This document shows positions 38,001 to 47,827 of a stretch of DNA of 64,000 bases, piece by piece. Made by a program: the position numbers and the translations under genes. Each line of letters begins with the position of its first letter. The stretch's first letter is position 1. The stretch covers positions 416,001 to 480,000 of the forward strand of contig JAEHCQ010000001.1 of the NCBI GenBank assembly GCA_020696385.1. The letters run 5' to 3'. The stretch is from Methanobacteriota archaeon (lineage in GTDB: Archaea; Thermoplasmatota; Thermoplasmata; SG8-5; JAGLSY01). The notes beneath the pieces were generated by a model. The model had not been told where the DNA came from, did not search any database, and saw only the letters and a program-made list of their open reading frames with translations.

Positions 38001-39634
38001 CTCTATCAGGTATGAATCTTGATGATACTTTGACAGGGGTGGATTTCGATGGAAACAACTTCATCATTGTCGGATATGATATTTCCAATAATGGTGTTGT
38101 GTACTACATTACCGAAGCAAACCTGTATGGTGGTAGCACGATCCTCACACCAACCCCTTGGGCTCCATCTGTCAAATTGAATGCTATCGCTTGGCACAAT
38201 TATGTGAATGGTGGTCTGGTCTGTGCCGAGGGGGCTATGTATTTCCTCAACAGCACATGGGAATGGAAAGGGCCAATTGGCATTGATGCTTCAATGAATT
38301 ACACTGCGGCATCTTGGGATCCACAGGGTTTGAGAGCCATAATAGTTGGAAATACAGGAACAGGAAGCGCGGCCTTTGATATATATGCTGGAAACACGGA
38401 GATAACTCGTATACCGGATTATGATAATATATTCCTTAACCACAAGCTTTATGGCGCGGCATATCAAGAGAAACTTACGGGAGATGTGGAAGTACTTCTT
38501 GTAGGAGCCAGTGCTTTCTCAATATCACCAAAGGCCTTTGCTCAGAACACGCAGATCCTGGTCAATGTGGATTATCCCAGGATCTTTGATGTTGATTTCT
38601 TCAAGACAAGCGACCCTGGAACTTCACTGGTCAACAAACAGGTGGATGTACAGGAAACTTACACCTTCCGCACCGAGGTCAATTACACCCAGGGAGCCAC
38701 GGACCAACTATTCGATGGCATAAACAACACTGCCATCGATCTCATGGTCTGGTTCGATGATTCTGGAGTCAATGAAATGACCCTTCCTGGAATGGATGAT
38801 GTTCACCGGACCAGATACTTCAATGTGACATGGTTCGAGGGCGATGGAGGAGCGAATGTCGAGAATGCGATAGTGACCTATCCGATTAACAGTCCAGGCA
38901 CAGACGAGTTCCAGCTGGTGGGCTTCGGTAGCGGACCTGTCGCGGGAGATCATTGGTGGATAGAGTTGGAGATATACTTCGGACCTCAAACAAGAGCGGC
39001 AGATGGCCAGGGCTTTGCAAATGGGGACTCTACCAATGAGAGCGATATATTCCAGTCATTCACAGACCCAGATTCTTGGAACTTCATGATGGAGATTTAC
39101 GACACCACATTCACAACTGCTTCGAGCAAGGGCTATGAGGAGTTCGGTGTCTTCAAATACACGAATATCACAGTATCTGGAAACCCGTCTGGAAATTCAC
39201 CACCGGGAACCAGTGACAATGCCATTGGCTCAAGCACGGTGACCTTCTCGGCCAATGTGCCTTACTACGTCAATGTTTCAATTCCCGACCTTGCAAGGGT
39301 CGGCGGTGGAGGAAGTATAGCTGCCACCTATATCGCGGCTTCATCAGCAAGCCCATTGGCAAATAACACAAATTGCGGGATGAACAGCACCTGGATCTAC
39401 GGCAAGCCGTTCCCAGGAGCATATCAGAACCTGAGTGTCTGGGGGAATACAAGCCAGCCCTTTACGGATTGGTATGTGCCCGCACCGGACAATGGAACAG
39501 CGGCCCACGGGCCATGGGGCTCCGATTTCAATGCTAACGGAGCCACCATAGTCGATTGGTTCGCCAGTGTCCCTGGAGGAACTGGCGAAGGAATTTACCG
39601 AGCGACTATCACATTCAAAATAGGATACTACTAG
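35009..39634 (+). CDS. array paralog 8: InhA/MAM-like domain split by three LamG domains
   Basis: DIEGPD.TF.DV.W start shared with paralog 5; three LamG units; ends GIYRATITFKIGYY. Confidence 0.87.
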   Translation: MTQKIANWASKRRTLAARNFSQSVSLAIALAIMISSISMIIPTNATASIFTDIEGPDVTFKDVLWHEEQDVAIAVGNDSVGNGVAYRYSADQELWSEVLNVSGDSYNAVTKTEPYIWPDLVESGENGWTTSTWDADASISSLVSEWKFEDGIGTNVNDTSGNGHFGTLDPLMDNSNWVDGMSGKALEFHSAEANEELIIPDVAGLTEGSFSGDCWVNLTTHQSYGGIVNKYGGGGWGIWDQSGGEIRFYLYDGSTTTSANSAPISTGEWHHLAWSYNETSGMISFYIDGDLDYSTASVNPTRHVTPIEIGSRGNTNWLDGKIDEVRIFNRVLTLKEISDYYNDTVYKVGEWKLDEGTGKFTNDTGPNNYIGTLRPTYPTSNPHWSDEAISGKALYFDGGDDRVETDYLPNTFNLHDHTVEAWVYPTQTKTNSVIYGIGEQTVNGKILELKIDNDEIEVWHWGWNWYTGVYVNNNEWTHISYSYTTANKTGYLYVNGQYQGSFVFGGYLNVQNDLNNPSQIGMSVSGRVFKGYIDEVSIYNYSRPGYLTTRDYNEDLSHYYSSQTLMGDWRFEDGGGGIATDDSQYERDGTLGPFPPSTTPTWTEGRIGGGLYFDGVNNVHTGYIPNTFNNHDLTLEAWVNPDAATADLIIYGIGDENNPGQCFEIKLNLGELEVWHWNDNWENTGIYPTTGEWSHIAYVYQSSTWTGMLYLNGAPVGTYSFANPLNIQDDSYISGQIGAGYPDRYFRGYIDEFKIWNRMLNDTEILESYRSAFTPAWQIVNPSTLPVPGSGIDHGSANSPSNIWWFGHNETGSYDNGAKVSGSLISPAVQLPSISLWGAIVMSHWFDIEDIGPNADVMTLSIKNTTDSDWYPLKIWDSDTTPISNWTQDIIGITPWLGNQVQINFTFDSIDEDLNDYGGWHLDDIVFYTSEAYIVVGEIPTGLGYSAYAGDISGSFSHIAGMKSISFNDVAGGNIPATFVAVGDNGKARYWNNGAWISLSGMNLDDTLTGVDFDGNNFIIVGYDISNNGVVYYITEANLYGGSTILTPTPWAPSVKLNAIAWHNYVNGGLVCAEGAMYFLNSTWEWKGPIGIDASMNYTAASWDPQGLRAIIVGNTGTGSAAFDIYAGNTEITRIPDYDNIFLNHKLYGAAYQEKLTGDVEVLLVGASAFSISPKAFAQNTQILVNVDYPRIFDVDFFKTSDPGTSLVNKQVDVQETYTFRTEVNYTQGATDQLFDGINNTAIDLMVWFDDSGVNEMTLPGMDDVHRTRYFNVTWFEGDGGANVENAIVTYPINSPGTDEFQLVGFGSGPVAGDHWWIELEIYFGPQTRAADGQGFANGDSTNESDIFQSFTDPDSWNFMMEIYDTTFTTASSKGYEEFGVFKYTNITVSGNPSGNSPPGTSDNAIGSSTVTFSANVPYYVNVSIPDLARVGGGGSIAATYIAASSASPLANNTNCGMNSTWIYGKPFPGAYQNLSVWGNTSQPFTDWYVPAPDNGTAAHGPWGSDFNANGATIVDWFASVPGGTGEGIYRATITFKIGYY

Positions 39635-39644
39635 AACGGAGGAG

Positions 39645-42350
39645 ATGGAGATGAATGGAGCAAAGAAAATATTGGCCATGATGGTGATGATCACCATGGT
39701 CAGTGCAGGCTTGATAATCGTGTCGCCACAGGCGACAGTCAGTGCAGAGAATTCTTCCTCGCAATTCGCACTGCTCATGGATGGATACCCGCAAGTCGCA
39801 GGGGCAAATGATGCCATGCAGCTTATGTTCTCAGCACCAATTACAGTTTCCAATGCTAACTGGCGATCGCAATCCTTCAGACCAACTGTAAATGGCGATT
39901 TGACCACGATCTCATTGAATATCTGGCAAAATGGAGGAAATGGCATGGTGCTCGTTGATATCTACAACACAGATCAGGCTGAAAAACCTATACCTGGAAA
40001 CGTTATTGCCAGCGAGTCCATCCCTTCAGCCAGCCTTAGTGCCACTGCAGACAACTGGTTCGATATCACATTCTCCACACCTGCAACACTCACAGCAGGT
40101 ACTGAATATGCTATTGTGGTACACCCAGATCCATCCTGTGGGATCTACTGGTACTATTATTCGAGTAATGTGTACATTCCTGGTGGAGTATCTTTCTGTG
40201 TGGACGGAAGCGGCTTCACATGGAACACCAACCCAAGTGTCGAAATGGCATTCTTGACATACATGGAACAGCCAGCAATCACTCCCACCAAGGTAGCCTG
40301 GCATGAGAATGGTGAATACGCACTGGCAGTCAATGGTGTTGATGAGACGATCTACAAGTTCGACAGGCAATCCTCTGCCTGGAGCACATTGGGATACACA
40401 TTCCCCTCCATCGTATTCAATGATGTCACCTATGACCCAGCCTTCGGTGAGTTCTATCTCGTAGGAGTGGATACAAGTGTATCACGACCTCATGCCTATT
40501 ATTATGATGGTTCCAACATCTGGAACATAGGAACCCCTAGTGCTCAAACCGGGGAGTTCCACGCAGTGACTGCTATTGGTGGCGATTCCTCATACAAATT
40601 CCTGGCAGTTGGTGAAAGAACAGGCGGATGGGGTTATGCCGCCTGGTATAGGGATGGTTTTGGATGGATAGAGGTTTTAAGCGATTGGAGTGGTGGAGTC
40701 ACTGAGACCTTATATGATGTTACATGGAACCAGCAGACCGGCGCTCCCAACAGATGTTATGGTGTGGGAGAGGATGGAAATAGCCATGGCTTCGTATTCA
40801 CACTCCAATTGGGAACCACGAACGCCTTGAGAGAATACACCTATGATAGCGATTCTCAGTTCATGGAGCCGCAGCATTCCATTGCATGGAATCCTGGATG
40901 GGACCTGGGTGCTGAATTTGACTATGCCCTGATAGGTGCGAGCACGTTCATGGGCTATGGGAATGTGCTCAAGTTCGATGGTTCGTCCCCACCCGATGTG
41001 ATCACGGACATTTCAGATACGATATATGACATTGCATGGAAGCCAGACGGCGAGATGGCCATATTGGTCGGCGAAAACTCTGGTAATGAAGGGGTAGTCT
41101 ACTATCATCCAGTAGGATCTGAGGAACTCCTCCCTCAGGACATGGAGGCTCCCGCCATATTCGGAGTAGCTTACAAGGGATATACCAGCCCCAGCTCGGC
41201 CATCATGGTCAGCTCCGGTGGATCTATAGCAGCCTATCCATCAGCGACCGATATTGGCACAACGATCACAGTGAATTCCGCTTTCCCCCACAGCTTTGAT
41301 ATCGATATGTGGAAAACCAGTGATGCTGGCCGAGCTTCAAAATTGAATACACAGGTGAATGTGGAAACAACTTACACATTCATGACCGAAGTGAACTACA
41401 GCGTGAACGGTATCGATCAGTTCTATGCGGATGGCGAGCAGGATGTATGGATATTGCTAACTGCCTGGTATGATGATGGTCTTACTCCATCACCAGACCC
41501 GGATGATACAGATTATAATCGAACAAAGAATTTCCAGGCTATATGGCAGGAAGGAGCGGTCATAGGGGCCGACACTGCAGGAATGGTATACCCTGGTGTA
41601 AGCCCGGGAACAGATGAAGTTCAATTTGACAGCGCTGGCATCGAAGCTGGACCTGATGATCATTACTATGTCTACATCAACCTGACCCTTGGGCCACAAC
41701 TCTGGGCAGGGGATGGTCAGGGATTCACCAATGGGGCAGCTCCAGACATCAATGATGGAGCCACTGCTTTCAATGATCCAGATTCATGGGATTTTGTAAT
41801 GACCATTGTTGATATCAATTACATGGATGCTGTGAATTCGTCATTTGAAGAGTTTGGATTATTCAGATTCACCAATATCACGGTGTCTGGCAATCCATCT
41901 GGAAACGCACTTCCAGGTTCTGTGAATAATGGCCTAGGAGCTAGCCAGATCGCAGTTTCTTCCAATATCCCATACTACGTGAATGTCTCGATACCCCGGC
42001 TGAATATGACAACGGATGATTCGAAATTCATACCTGCCAGCAGTGTCAATGTTTCTCTTACTAGTGCATTCGCTAACAATACGAACACCCAGATGAACGG
42101 ATCGTGGGGGGTCTTTGGAAGAGCCTTACCAGGAGCGAATCAACAGCTGGGAGTATGGGGTAATGCAAGTCTGGCACAATCTTTCTGGACTGTGCCAGCA
42201 CCTTTGAACAGTACAACGGCCCACGGGCCGCAAGGTGAGGATTTCCAAGGACTTGGAGATACCTTTGTCCAATGGTATGTCAATGTGCCAGGGGCGACGG
42301 CTGAAGGAACCTATCAGGCGACGATCACCTTCAGGATAGGATATTATTGA
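39645..42350 (+). CDS. array paralog 9 (subfamily D)
   Basis: ENSS..F..L.DGYP-[SQSFRP...MAFLTY]-KVAWH; ends GTYQATITFRIGYY. Confidence 0.85.
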   Translation: MEMNGAKKILAMMVMITMVSAGLIIVSPQATVSAENSSSQFALLMDGYPQVAGANDAMQLMFSAPITVSNANWRSQSFRPTVNGDLTTISLNIWQNGGNGMVLVDIYNTDQAEKPIPGNVIASESIPSASLSATADNWFDITFSTPATLTAGTEYAIVVHPDPSCGIYWYYYSSNVYIPGGVSFCVDGSGFTWNTNPSVEMAFLTYMEQPAITPTKVAWHENGEYALAVNGVDETIYKFDRQSSAWSTLGYTFPSIVFNDVTYDPAFGEFYLVGVDTSVSRPHAYYYDGSNIWNIGTPSAQTGEFHAVTAIGGDSSYKFLAVGERTGGWGYAAWYRDGFGWIEVLSDWSGGVTETLYDVTWNQQTGAPNRCYGVGEDGNSHGFVFTLQLGTTNALREYTYDSDSQFMEPQHSIAWNPGWDLGAEFDYALIGASTFMGYGNVLKFDGSSPPDVITDISDTIYDIAWKPDGEMAILVGENSGNEGVVYYHPVGSEELLPQDMEAPAIFGVAYKGYTSPSSAIMVSSGGSIAAYPSATDIGTTITVNSAFPHSFDIDMWKTSDAGRASKLNTQVNVETTYTFMTEVNYSVNGIDQFYADGEQDVWILLTAWYDDGLTPSPDPDDTDYNRTKNFQAIWQEGAVIGADTAGMVYPGVSPGTDEVQFDSAGIEAGPDDHYYVYINLTLGPQLWAGDGQGFTNGAAPDINDGATAFNDPDSWDFVMTIVDINYMDAVNSSFEEFGLFRFTNITVSGNPSGNALPGSVNNGLGASQIAVSSNIPYYVNVSIPRLNMTTDDSKFIPASSVNVSLTSAFANNTNTQMNGSWGVFGRALPGANQQLGVWGNASLAQSFWTVPAPLNSTTAHGPQGEDFQGLGDTFVQWYVNVPGATAEGTYQATITFRIGYY

Positions 42351-42368
42351 GGTTGAGGAGGTGAAAAA

Positions 42369-45059
42369 ATGATACAAACACGAAAAATACTGGCAATGGC
42401 GATAATGACCCTGATGGTGTGTGGCAGTGTGCTGATCGTCACACCTTATACTCCTGCGGCTGCAGAGGATTCGGCAAAGGCCTTTGAAATTCTGGATGGT
42501 GGATTCCCATTGGCATATCAAACCACCCTGGATCAGAGCTGCGAAGATGCGGTTGATCATTATACTGTGAGTTCCGGGGTTCCCTGGGCTCAGACCTTTG
42601 TGCCTACAATAACGGGTGAGCTCTCCTTTGTTGATCTTCAATTATATGCTGATTCTTCGATCACGCTCTCAGTTCGCTGTGAGATAAGAACCACCCACTG
42701 GGAAATTGACGAATGGGTTCCGGATGATGTGGGTGGTAGGATGACCTACGAGGGAGATTCTCAAACCCTGACAACGTCTCCCGCCTGGTATCAGATATCT
42801 ATGTCGACAAAACCAGTATTAACAGCTGGACAGACCTACGCAATAGTTCTTGTATGGTTGAGCGCGGATTTCCATTGGAGTTGCCTAGGAAACTATGGAG
42901 ATGGGGATGGATTCAATACAGGTGATGGGGGAACCACATGGAGCAGTCTTAGTGGCGAGAACTTTGGTTTCCGCACATACATGGAGGAACCAGATAATTG
43001 GCTTTCAAAGGTCGCCTGGCATGGAAACAACAACTATGCATATGGAGTTGATGGAACTTCCAGCAATCTGTACAAATTCACAAGGGATACCGGCTCATGG
43101 AGTAATGTTGGGGCATTGGAGTTAGGAGCGACATTCCATGACATAGTCTATGATCCTAGCACATCCCTATTTTACATAGTTGGCCAGGACAATAGCGGCT
43201 ATGCGGCCGGTTGGATGTACAACCACGACACCGGAACACCAACATATCTGATAGACACATTTGTGACCGGGGCATTCTATGGAGTGGAACGTGCGGCTCC
43301 CTATGAATATCCATATTTATTCCTGGCAGTGGGTGAGGACACGACAAATGGCAAAGCCTACATGTGTTGGTACGATGATAATTCACCGTGGTGGGCGGCC
43401 GAGGACACAACCCCTGCAGAGGATGCCACTGGTGATGTGATCTATGACGTTGCTTGGAATGGTATTGATGCATCCGGAAGCGCTTATATCTGCGTTGGCA
43501 TGGACGCTTCAGGTGATGGAGTGGTTTACCATATTGGAGGTCCACTCGAAAGTGGTATTGACCTGGGAATCATACATGGATGGAGCCCATTAGGCTCTTT
43601 GAAAGCAGTTGACGGGCATCCATCAGATCCCACACTTGGGATCATTGTCGGTGAAAATACTGCTGGAACTGGAAATGCATATTTATTGGACACCAGTGGG
43701 GCACAGCCAACAATGATCTCTGACACATCGTACATATTCAATGATGTGGACTGGCGCCCAGACGGAGAGATGGCTGTAGCTGTGGGAGCGAAGTTGAATG
43801 GCAAAGGTGTCATGTGCCAGTATAACGAAGGTACTGATTATGTAGTTGATCTATCTGCCGATCTACCTACAGATGCTGAAGGCCTATTTGGCGTCGCTAT
43901 GAAGGGATTCTCCAGCCCCAGTTCTGGGCTTATAGTAGGCAGTAGTGGAGCAGTTGGATTTTACCCATCGGCGGTTGATTCTGGCACCACTATCACAGTG
44001 AGCTCCGAAGAGCCGCATATGTTCAATATGGATATGTGGAAGACATCAGATGCTGGACGCGTATCCAAATTGAATACCCAGGTGGATGTTGAGACCACTT
44101 ACACCTTCATGGCCGAGGTCAACTACACAAAGGGCGGCATCGACCAGTTCTACACAGATGGTGACGATGATGTATATGTGATCCTGACTGCTTGGTTCGA
44201 TTACGGAGTAGCGCCCTCTAGTTTACCAGGTCAGGATGACTATAATCGAACAAGGATGTTCCAGGCAATTTGGGTAGAGGGAGGGGCTGCACCTGGAAAT
44301 GCAGGCATGATGTATCCTGTTGGAAGTCTAGGAACCAATGAGGTACTTCTTGACAGCTATGGATTCGAGATAGGGGCGAGTGACCATTATTACGTCTACT
44401 TCAACCTAACCTTCGGACCCCAAATGTGGGCGGCTGATGGCAATGGATTTACAAATGGTGCAACCTCCGATATCTACGATTATACCACAAGCTATGATGA
44501 TCCAAACAGCTGGGATTTTGTAATGACCGTGGAGGATGCGAACTTCAACAGTGCATCGAATTCCAGTTTTGAGGAGTTCGGAATATTCCAGTTCACGAAC
44601 ATAACGGTCTCAGGAAACCCTGGCGGGAATGCACCACCAGGGTCAAGCACACAGCTTGGGCCGAACAGCCAGATGCAAGTTTCTTCCAATATCGATTACT
44701 ACGTCAATGTCTCAATTCCAGACCTTGCCAGGATCGGTGGAGGAACACCCATCAATGCGACATACGTGTCAGTGAACATAACCAGTCCATTTGCTAACAA
44801 TACGAATTCGATGATAAACGGAACCGCAGTGAGCTTCCCGGGAGGAAACATGACCCTCGGGGTGTGGGGCAATACGAGCCAGGCATTTGGAGACTGGGTT
44901 GTTGCGGCTCCGCTGAACAGTACGACGGCTCACGGGCCGCAAGGAGCGGACTTCCAGAGTATTGGAACGACCGACATTGAATGGTGGATAGATGTGCCAG
45001 GCGGGACAGACGAAGGCATATACCAGGCCACGGTGACATTCAAAATAGGATACAATTGA
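42369..45059 (+). CDS. array paralog 10 (subfamily D)
   Basis: SD GGAGGTGA; EDS..F..LDGGFP-[AQTFVP...FGFRTY]-KVAWH; ends GIYQATVTFKIGYN. Confidence 0.85.
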   Translation: MIQTRKILAMAIMTLMVCGSVLIVTPYTPAAAEDSAKAFEILDGGFPLAYQTTLDQSCEDAVDHYTVSSGVPWAQTFVPTITGELSFVDLQLYADSSITLSVRCEIRTTHWEIDEWVPDDVGGRMTYEGDSQTLTTSPAWYQISMSTKPVLTAGQTYAIVLVWLSADFHWSCLGNYGDGDGFNTGDGGTTWSSLSGENFGFRTYMEEPDNWLSKVAWHGNNNYAYGVDGTSSNLYKFTRDTGSWSNVGALELGATFHDIVYDPSTSLFYIVGQDNSGYAAGWMYNHDTGTPTYLIDTFVTGAFYGVERAAPYEYPYLFLAVGEDTTNGKAYMCWYDDNSPWWAAEDTTPAEDATGDVIYDVAWNGIDASGSAYICVGMDASGDGVVYHIGGPLESGIDLGIIHGWSPLGSLKAVDGHPSDPTLGIIVGENTAGTGNAYLLDTSGAQPTMISDTSYIFNDVDWRPDGEMAVAVGAKLNGKGVMCQYNEGTDYVVDLSADLPTDAEGLFGVAMKGFSSPSSGLIVGSSGAVGFYPSAVDSGTTITVSSEEPHMFNMDMWKTSDAGRVSKLNTQVDVETTYTFMAEVNYTKGGIDQFYTDGDDDVYVILTAWFDYGVAPSSLPGQDDYNRTRMFQAIWVEGGAAPGNAGMMYPVGSLGTNEVLLDSYGFEIGASDHYYVYFNLTFGPQMWAADGNGFTNGATSDIYDYTTSYDDPNSWDFVMTVEDANFNSASNSSFEEFGIFQFTNITVSGNPGGNAPPGSSTQLGPNSQMQVSSNIDYYVNVSIPDLARIGGGTPINATYVSVNITSPFANNTNSMINGTAVSFPGGNMTLGVWGNTSQAFGDWVVAAPLNSTTAHGPQGADFQSIGTTDIEWWIDVPGGTDEGIYQATVTFKIGYN

Positions 45060-45127
45060 ATGATATGATATCAAATTCCAAAATAATCATGAAAAAGGAG
45101 AAAATAAAAAAAGGAGAGATGAGAAAT

Positions 45128-47827
45128 ATGACAGAGATGAAGAAGATAATGGCCATGACGGTCGTGATAGCCATGGCATGCGCAAGTTTAGTGGTAGTTA
45201 TGCCGAACAACACGGTAATAGCGGAGGATTCTGCGAAGCCACTTACCGGTTTGGATAATGAATACCCTGCATTTGAAGATGTATTGGATGTGAGTCAGGA
45301 TCTAACGGATATGACATACCCTATCCTTTTTGGCAGTGACCAATATGGATCACAGAGTTTCCAACCCCTATCTGATGGAGATCTGTCCATGTTCGAATTC
45401 AGATTATCCTATCTGACATATCCAGATGGTGGAATGCTTGGTTATGACATTCGAGTGGGAGATCCACCAAACCCAGCAAGCACATTGATCGGTGGTTTTC
45501 AGTGGGTCGCTCTGTCAGATCTGGACGTCGGATGGAATGCGATAACCCTTTCCAGCACCGTCCCTGTATCCATTGGGACAACCTACCAGATCGTCCTAAC
45601 AGTATCCGACAGCAGCAGAGTTGATTGGGACTATAAATCCGGAGATCCCTATGCATCTGGAACTGGAAGGACCTCAGCAAGTGATACAGGATATTCGACT
45701 TTGGGGGGTGACTGGACCTTCAGAACTTACCTGGCAGTACCAACAGATGGCCTTGCAAAGGTCGCCTGGCATGAGAGTGGTGACTATGCTTTAGGGGTAA
45801 CTGGTTATGACGATCATATCTACAAGTACACAAGGCAGACATCGACATGGTCCAGTGAGAAGAATTTGGCCGGAGGCAATGTTTTCAATGATATCAAATA
45901 CAGTTCCAACTTCAACTTGTTCTACATAGTTGGCACTGGCTCAGTTCCATTGGGTTTCAGTTACTATGAACCAGCACAGTCTCTTGCAAACCTAAATGCC
46001 CCATTTGATGGCGGTGCTTATTTCAATGGACTATGCCTGGCTGACGAGAACGGTGCCGAAGATTTTGCTTTCCTCGCAGTTGGTTATAATTCAAACACCA
46101 ATGACCCCTATGCTGCATGGTATAATCAATCTTCACATATCTGGACAGTAGTAAATAGTGGCTGGAGCGGAGCGGATGAGAACCTGTATGATGTAACATG
46201 GGATCATGGCGCCACAGGAAACCCATACTATGCTGTTGGAAAGGATTACGGTACCGGAATGGGAGTGGTATACTATTTCACCACTACAGGGAACAATACA
46301 GCCAATTCCCTTGAGCTCAATGGGTGGATGCCCGGTCCATTATTTGGCATTGACTGGCAGCCAGCAGGAACTGCAGATCATGCAGTCATAGTTGGAGCAT
46401 TATACAGTTATGGGAATGTGTGGGTTTTCAATGGCTCATTTGGAGAGACCATATTGAACAATTCATACATACTCAATGATGTATGCTTCCATCCAGATGG
46501 CTCAATGGCCATGATAGTTGGTGAGACCAATAGCTTTGATGAAGGGGTGATCTATCATTATTATCCAGATAGCTCAGCAACGAAGATGAGCACTGATGGA
46601 ACACTTGACAGTCTAAACGGAGTTTCTGTAAAAGGCTGGACAAGCCCTAGCTCGGGTCTGATAGTAGGATCCAGCGGAGCAGTTGGTTCATACCTCAGTT
46701 CGAGCGATGGTGAAACCACAATAACCGTCAATGCCGCCTTCCCGCACATGTACACGATAGACATGTGGAAGACCAGTGATGCTGGCGAGACATCCACACT
46801 TAATGCAAGGGTGGATGCAGAGGAAACTTACACCTTCTACACAGAGATAAACTACACCATCGGAGGCACGGATGAGCTCTTTGACGTTGGTAATGTCAAT
46901 AATACCTTCGTGGACCTGACAGCATGGTTCGATGATGGAGATGATTCGACAAGTCTGATACCACCAGCAAGTGATGATGACCGCAGAACGAGGAAATTCG
47001 TGGCCAGATTCTATGAGGGGACTGCAGGAACTGGTGGCGTATCAGGTTCTATCATCTATCCAGACACCACAACCAATGAAATATTGTTGGATGGTGTAGG
47101 ATGTAGTGGACCATTTGGGGGCGATGACAGGTACGGTGTTTGGATCAATGTCACCTTCGGAGCGCAGATGAGAGCTGCTGATGGACAGAACTTCGCATTT
47201 GGCGCCGCAGGAGATATATTCGACAGCAACCAGGCATTTGACGATGATGACAGCTGGAACTTCCAGATGGAGGTCTACGATAATGACTTCCCAGGAGCGA
47301 CGAATTCCACATACGAAGAATTCGGGATATTCATGGCCACGAACATCACAGTGTCCAATAACCCAAGTGTCAATGCTCCGCCAGGAAGTGTCAGCATGCC
47401 ATTTGACTCGAACAGCTTGATAACTTACTCGGCCAATATACCATACTACGTGAATGTGTCAATTGAAAGGTTGAACTTGACAACTGATGATTCAAAATTC
47501 ATACCGGCCAGTAATGTCAATGTAAGCCTGGTGGATGCTTATCCTGCGGGATTCGATCTGGAACCATACACTGAGATTAATTCAACATGGGGAGCTGCTG
47601 GAAGACCATTCGCAGCTGCCAATACAGAGTACATGGTGTGGGGAAATACAAGCCAGGCAACTGAACTGGTACCAGCACCGAACAATGGAACAGCAGCACA
47701 TGGTCCGATATATTCGAACTTTGACGGGTATGGAGCCACGGAAGTTTCGTGGTGGGTGTCAGTACCTGGAGGAACGGATGAAGGTATCTATCAAGCGACG
47801 ATAACCTTCAAGATCGGGTACTATTAG
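45128..47827 (+). CDS. array paralog 11 (subfamily D)
   Basis: Start re-set from 44981 (overlaps paralog 10) to MTEMKKIMAM at 45128 by alignment with the paralog 10/12 signal peptides; ends GIYQATITFKIGYY. Confidence 0.85.
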   Translation: MTEMKKIMAMTVVIAMACASLVVVMPNNTVIAEDSAKPLTGLDNEYPAFEDVLDVSQDLTDMTYPILFGSDQYGSQSFQPLSDGDLSMFEFRLSYLTYPDGGMLGYDIRVGDPPNPASTLIGGFQWVALSDLDVGWNAITLSSTVPVSIGTTYQIVLTVSDSSRVDWDYKSGDPYASGTGRTSASDTGYSTLGGDWTFRTYLAVPTDGLAKVAWHESGDYALGVTGYDDHIYKYTRQTSTWSSEKNLAGGNVFNDIKYSSNFNLFYIVGTGSVPLGFSYYEPAQSLANLNAPFDGGAYFNGLCLADENGAEDFAFLAVGYNSNTNDPYAAWYNQSSHIWTVVNSGWSGADENLYDVTWDHGATGNPYYAVGKDYGTGMGVVYYFTTTGNNTANSLELNGWMPGPLFGIDWQPAGTADHAVIVGALYSYGNVWVFNGSFGETILNNSYILNDVCFHPDGSMAMIVGETNSFDEGVIYHYYPDSSATKMSTDGTLDSLNGVSVKGWTSPSSGLIVGSSGAVGSYLSSSDGETTITVNAAFPHMYTIDMWKTSDAGETSTLNARVDAEETYTFYTEINYTIGGTDELFDVGNVNNTFVDLTAWFDDGDDSTSLIPPASDDDRRTRKFVARFYEGTAGTGGVSGSIIYPDTTTNEILLDGVGCSGPFGGDDRYGVWINVTFGAQMRAADGQNFAFGAAGDIFDSNQAFDDDDSWNFQMEVYDNDFPGATNSTYEEFGIFMATNITVSNNPSVNAPPGSVSMPFDSNSLITYSANIPYYVNVSIERLNLTTDDSKFIPASNVNVSLVDAYPAGFDLEPYTEINSTWGAAGRPFAAANTEYMVWGNTSQATELVPAPNNGTAAHGPIYSNFDGYGATEVSWWVSVPGGTDEGIYQATITFKIGYY

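Noticed and set aside
44981-45127. N-terminal extension of paralog 11 given by the ORF track
   Set aside because: It overlaps paralog 10 and runs through an A-rich intergenic tract that is also present before paralog 12; the signal peptide starts at 45128.
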